A stretch of 32,000 nt of DNA from Moraxella nasovis (GTDB lineage Bacteria > Pseudomonadota > Gammaproteobacteria > Pseudomonadales > Moraxellaceae): positions 570,001 to 602,000 of the forward strand of contig NZ_CP089976.1 in assembly GCF_022701215.1 (NCBI RefSeq). Reading direction: 5' to 3'. Below, one piece after another: positions 30,363 through 32,000 of the stretch (position 1 is the first letter of the stretch; every line of letters starts with the position of its first letter). The notes beneath the pieces were generated by a model, which was given only the letters and a program-made list of their open reading frames with translations, was not told the DNA's origin and searched no databases. The position numbers were made by a program, and so were the translations under genes.

Positions 30363-30408
30363 ATAAAATCTGCTAAAATACGCCAAACTATCGCTAGTAT
30401 AACCAATT

Positions 30409-31008
30409 ATGACACGCTTTACTATCGCAAATGGGGTGCTGACCCAAGCAGCATTCATCGCGTCACCGAACTTTAACTTACGACCAGCACTGCCAAATTC
30501 GATCGGCATTTGCGGTATTGTCATTCATAATATCAGCCTTCCACCAAACCAATTTGGCAAGACAAATAAAGATGGCACACACTTTGTAAAAGCATTTTTT
30601 CAAAACAAGCTGGATAAAAATGACCACCCTTATTTTAAAGAAATTCATGCCATGCAAGTATCTGCTCATCTATTTATTGAACGTGATGGTGTGATAACTC
30701 AGTTTGTAAATTTCAACGATAGAGCATGGCATGCTGGACACTCTCGCTATCTTGGGCGTGATAACTGTAATGATTTTACCATCGGCATTGAGCTTGAAGG
30801 CAGTGATAATACAGCATTTACCGATGTCCAATACGACGTACTAACAGACGTCATTTTAGCGATTTACCATGCTTACCCTGATACTTTACACCATCTTATG
30901 GGGCATAGCGACATCGCTCCTGTGCGAAAAACCGATCCAGGCGTACATTTTGATTGGGTTAAATTACGCCAAATGCTACACGATCGCCAACCACAATCTG
31001 AACATTAA
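30409..31008 (+). CDS. ampD: 1,6-anhydro-N-acetylmuramyl-L-alanine amidase AmpD
   Basis: SPNFNLRP, IVIHNISLPP..FG, AWHAGHSRYLGRDNCNDFTIGIELEG, GHSDIAPVRKTDPG. Confidence 0.9.
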   Translation: MTRFTIANGVLTQAAFIASPNFNLRPALPNSIGICGIVIHNISLPPNQFGKTNKDGTHFVKAFFQNKLDKNDHPYFKEIHAMQVSAHLFIERDGVITQFVNFNDRAWHAGHSRYLGRDNCNDFTIGIELEGSDNTAFTDVQYDVLTDVILAIYHAYPDTLHHLMGHSDIAPVRKTDPGVHFDWVKLRQMLHDRQPQSEH

Positions 31009-31035
31009 GCCGCTTATATTCACTTAGGTATTTTT

Positions 31036-32000
31036 ATGGCAAAATCTCGTCTGTTTCGTTCAACAATGGTTATCAGTGCGATGACCATGCTCTCACGCAT
31101 TTTAGGGCTTTTGCGTGATGTGGTTTTAATGGGTGTGTTTGGGGCTGGCGGACTAATGGATGCGTTTTTGGTTGCCTTTAAAATTCCCAATTTTTTACGC
31201 AGATTATTTGCCGAAGGGGCATTTAGCCAAGCTTTTGTCCCCGTTTTGACAGAATATAAAGAAAAAAATAGCTTAGATGAAGTTCGGCTACTCATCAGCT
31301 CAGTTTCAGGGTGTTTATTGAGCATCTTAATGACCTTGACAGTGATAGTAATTGTCTTTGCTCCCATAGTGGTCGATTTGTTTGCCCCTGGCTTTGATGC
31401 CATCAAATCTGATATGGCAAGCACTTTATTACGCCTAACTTTTCCATATCTTTTATTTATCTCAATGACAGCGTTTTTAGGGAGTATTTTACAAAGTTAT
31501 GGGCGGTTTGCCATGCCCGCTTTTGCACCTGTTTTGCTAAATCTAAGTATGATTACCGCAGCAATCGTCATCGCTCCTATGCTAAATACCCCTATTATGG
31601 CGTTAGGCTTTGCTGTTGCTGTGGCAGGCATACTTCAAATGGCAATTCAGCTGCCACAGCTATTTGCCCAAAAGCTGCTCGCCCCACCCAAAGTAGACTT
31701 TAAACATGAAGGCGTTAAGCGTATCTTAGCATTAATGCTGCCTGCTATTTTTGGCGTATCAGTCACGCAGATAAACCTACTTTTAAACACTGTTTTTGCT
31801 TCACTTATGCAAGGTGGGTCTGTTTCTTGGCTGTACGCTGCTGAACGACTAAGTGAGCTACCCCTTGGGCTAATTGGTGTTGCCATCGGTACAGTGATTT
31901 TACCAAGCCTATCATCTAGCATCGCTAAAGCAGATGAGAGTGGCTTTAAAAACACCTTAAGCTGGGCAACACGCCTGATTATTTTGGTGGGACTACCAGC
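31036..32000 (+). CDS. murJ: Lipid II flippase MurJ (MviN). It is 3'-partial and runs off the window. It is absent from the ORF track because no stop codon lies in the window.
   Basis: My hand translation from ATG 31036 gives MAKSRLFRSTMVISAMTMLSRILGLLRDVVLMGVFGAGGLMDAFLVAFKIPNFLRRLFAEGAFSQAFVPVLTEYKE. This is near-identical in pattern to the canonical MurJ N-terminus. The frame stays open to nt 32000. Confidence 0.9.
   Translation, partial: MAKSRLFRSTMVISAMTMLSRILGLLRDVVLMGVFGAGGLMDAFLVAFKIPNFLRRLFAEGAFSQAFVPVLTEYKEKNSLDEVRLLISSVSGCLLSILMTLTVIVIVFAPIVVDLFAPGFDAIKSDMASTLLRLTFPYLLFISMTAFLGSILQSYGRFAMPAFAPVLLNLSMITAAIVIAPMLNTPIMALGFAVAVAGILQMAIQLPQLFAQKLLAPPKVDFKHEGVKRILALMLPAIFGVSVTQINLLLNTVFASLMQGGSVSWLYAAERLSELPLGLIGVAIGTVILPSLSSSIAKADESGFKNTLSWATRLIILVGLP

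Noticed and set aside
31020-31955. Two minus-strand ORFs (31020-31424, 134 aa; 31647-31955, 102 aa) listed in the ORF track
   Set aside because: They are antisense to an unmistakable MurJ reading frame starting at 31036 on the plus strand, which the track omits because it has no stop in the window. Their products are low-complexity and have no recognisable motifs.

Overview
This window is mostly housekeeping chromosome from an AT-leaning gammaproteobacterium. Gene content and order suggest Moraxellaceae (Moraxella-like): birA-coaX overlap, metX-metW, monomeric IDH, metE/metR divergent pair. That assignment is inference and is not verified.

I support 25 protein-coding genes, one truncated amidase pseudogene and one decayed IS element. 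I found no rRNA, tRNA or CRISPR array.

Gene order, left to right:
- 3' two-thirds of a type III restriction Res subunit, running in from the left edge
- AT-rich spacer, then an amidase 3' fragment
- NodB-fold hydrolase, small Cys-N-terminal ORF, COG0523 (CobW-like) GTPase
- PhzF-family protein
- IS1016-like transposase remnant
- tauE-like exporter, birA, coaX
- osmC-MAPEG operon
- metE and divergent metR
- crcB, htpG
- monomeric icd, hemH
- metX-metW, secreted Sel1-repeat protein
- membrane-anchored C13 (legumain/caspase-fold) peptidase
- tsaD
- PBP1A, DUF4105-like exported protein, ampD, and the 5' part of murJ, running off the right edge

I do not see a convincing, self-contained novel multi-gene system. 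The features most worth a second look are:
- the restriction-island / truncated-amidase junction
- the small ORF translationally coupled to the COG0523 GTPase, next to a metal-dependent hydrolase
- the membrane-anchored clan-CD peptidase
- the DUF4105-like protein with an outer-membrane-type C-terminus, embedded among peptidoglycan genes
- a Cys-rich insertion in MetE
- the palindrome-dense metE/metR control region

All family assignments come from motif recognition by eye on the supplied translations. No searches were run.
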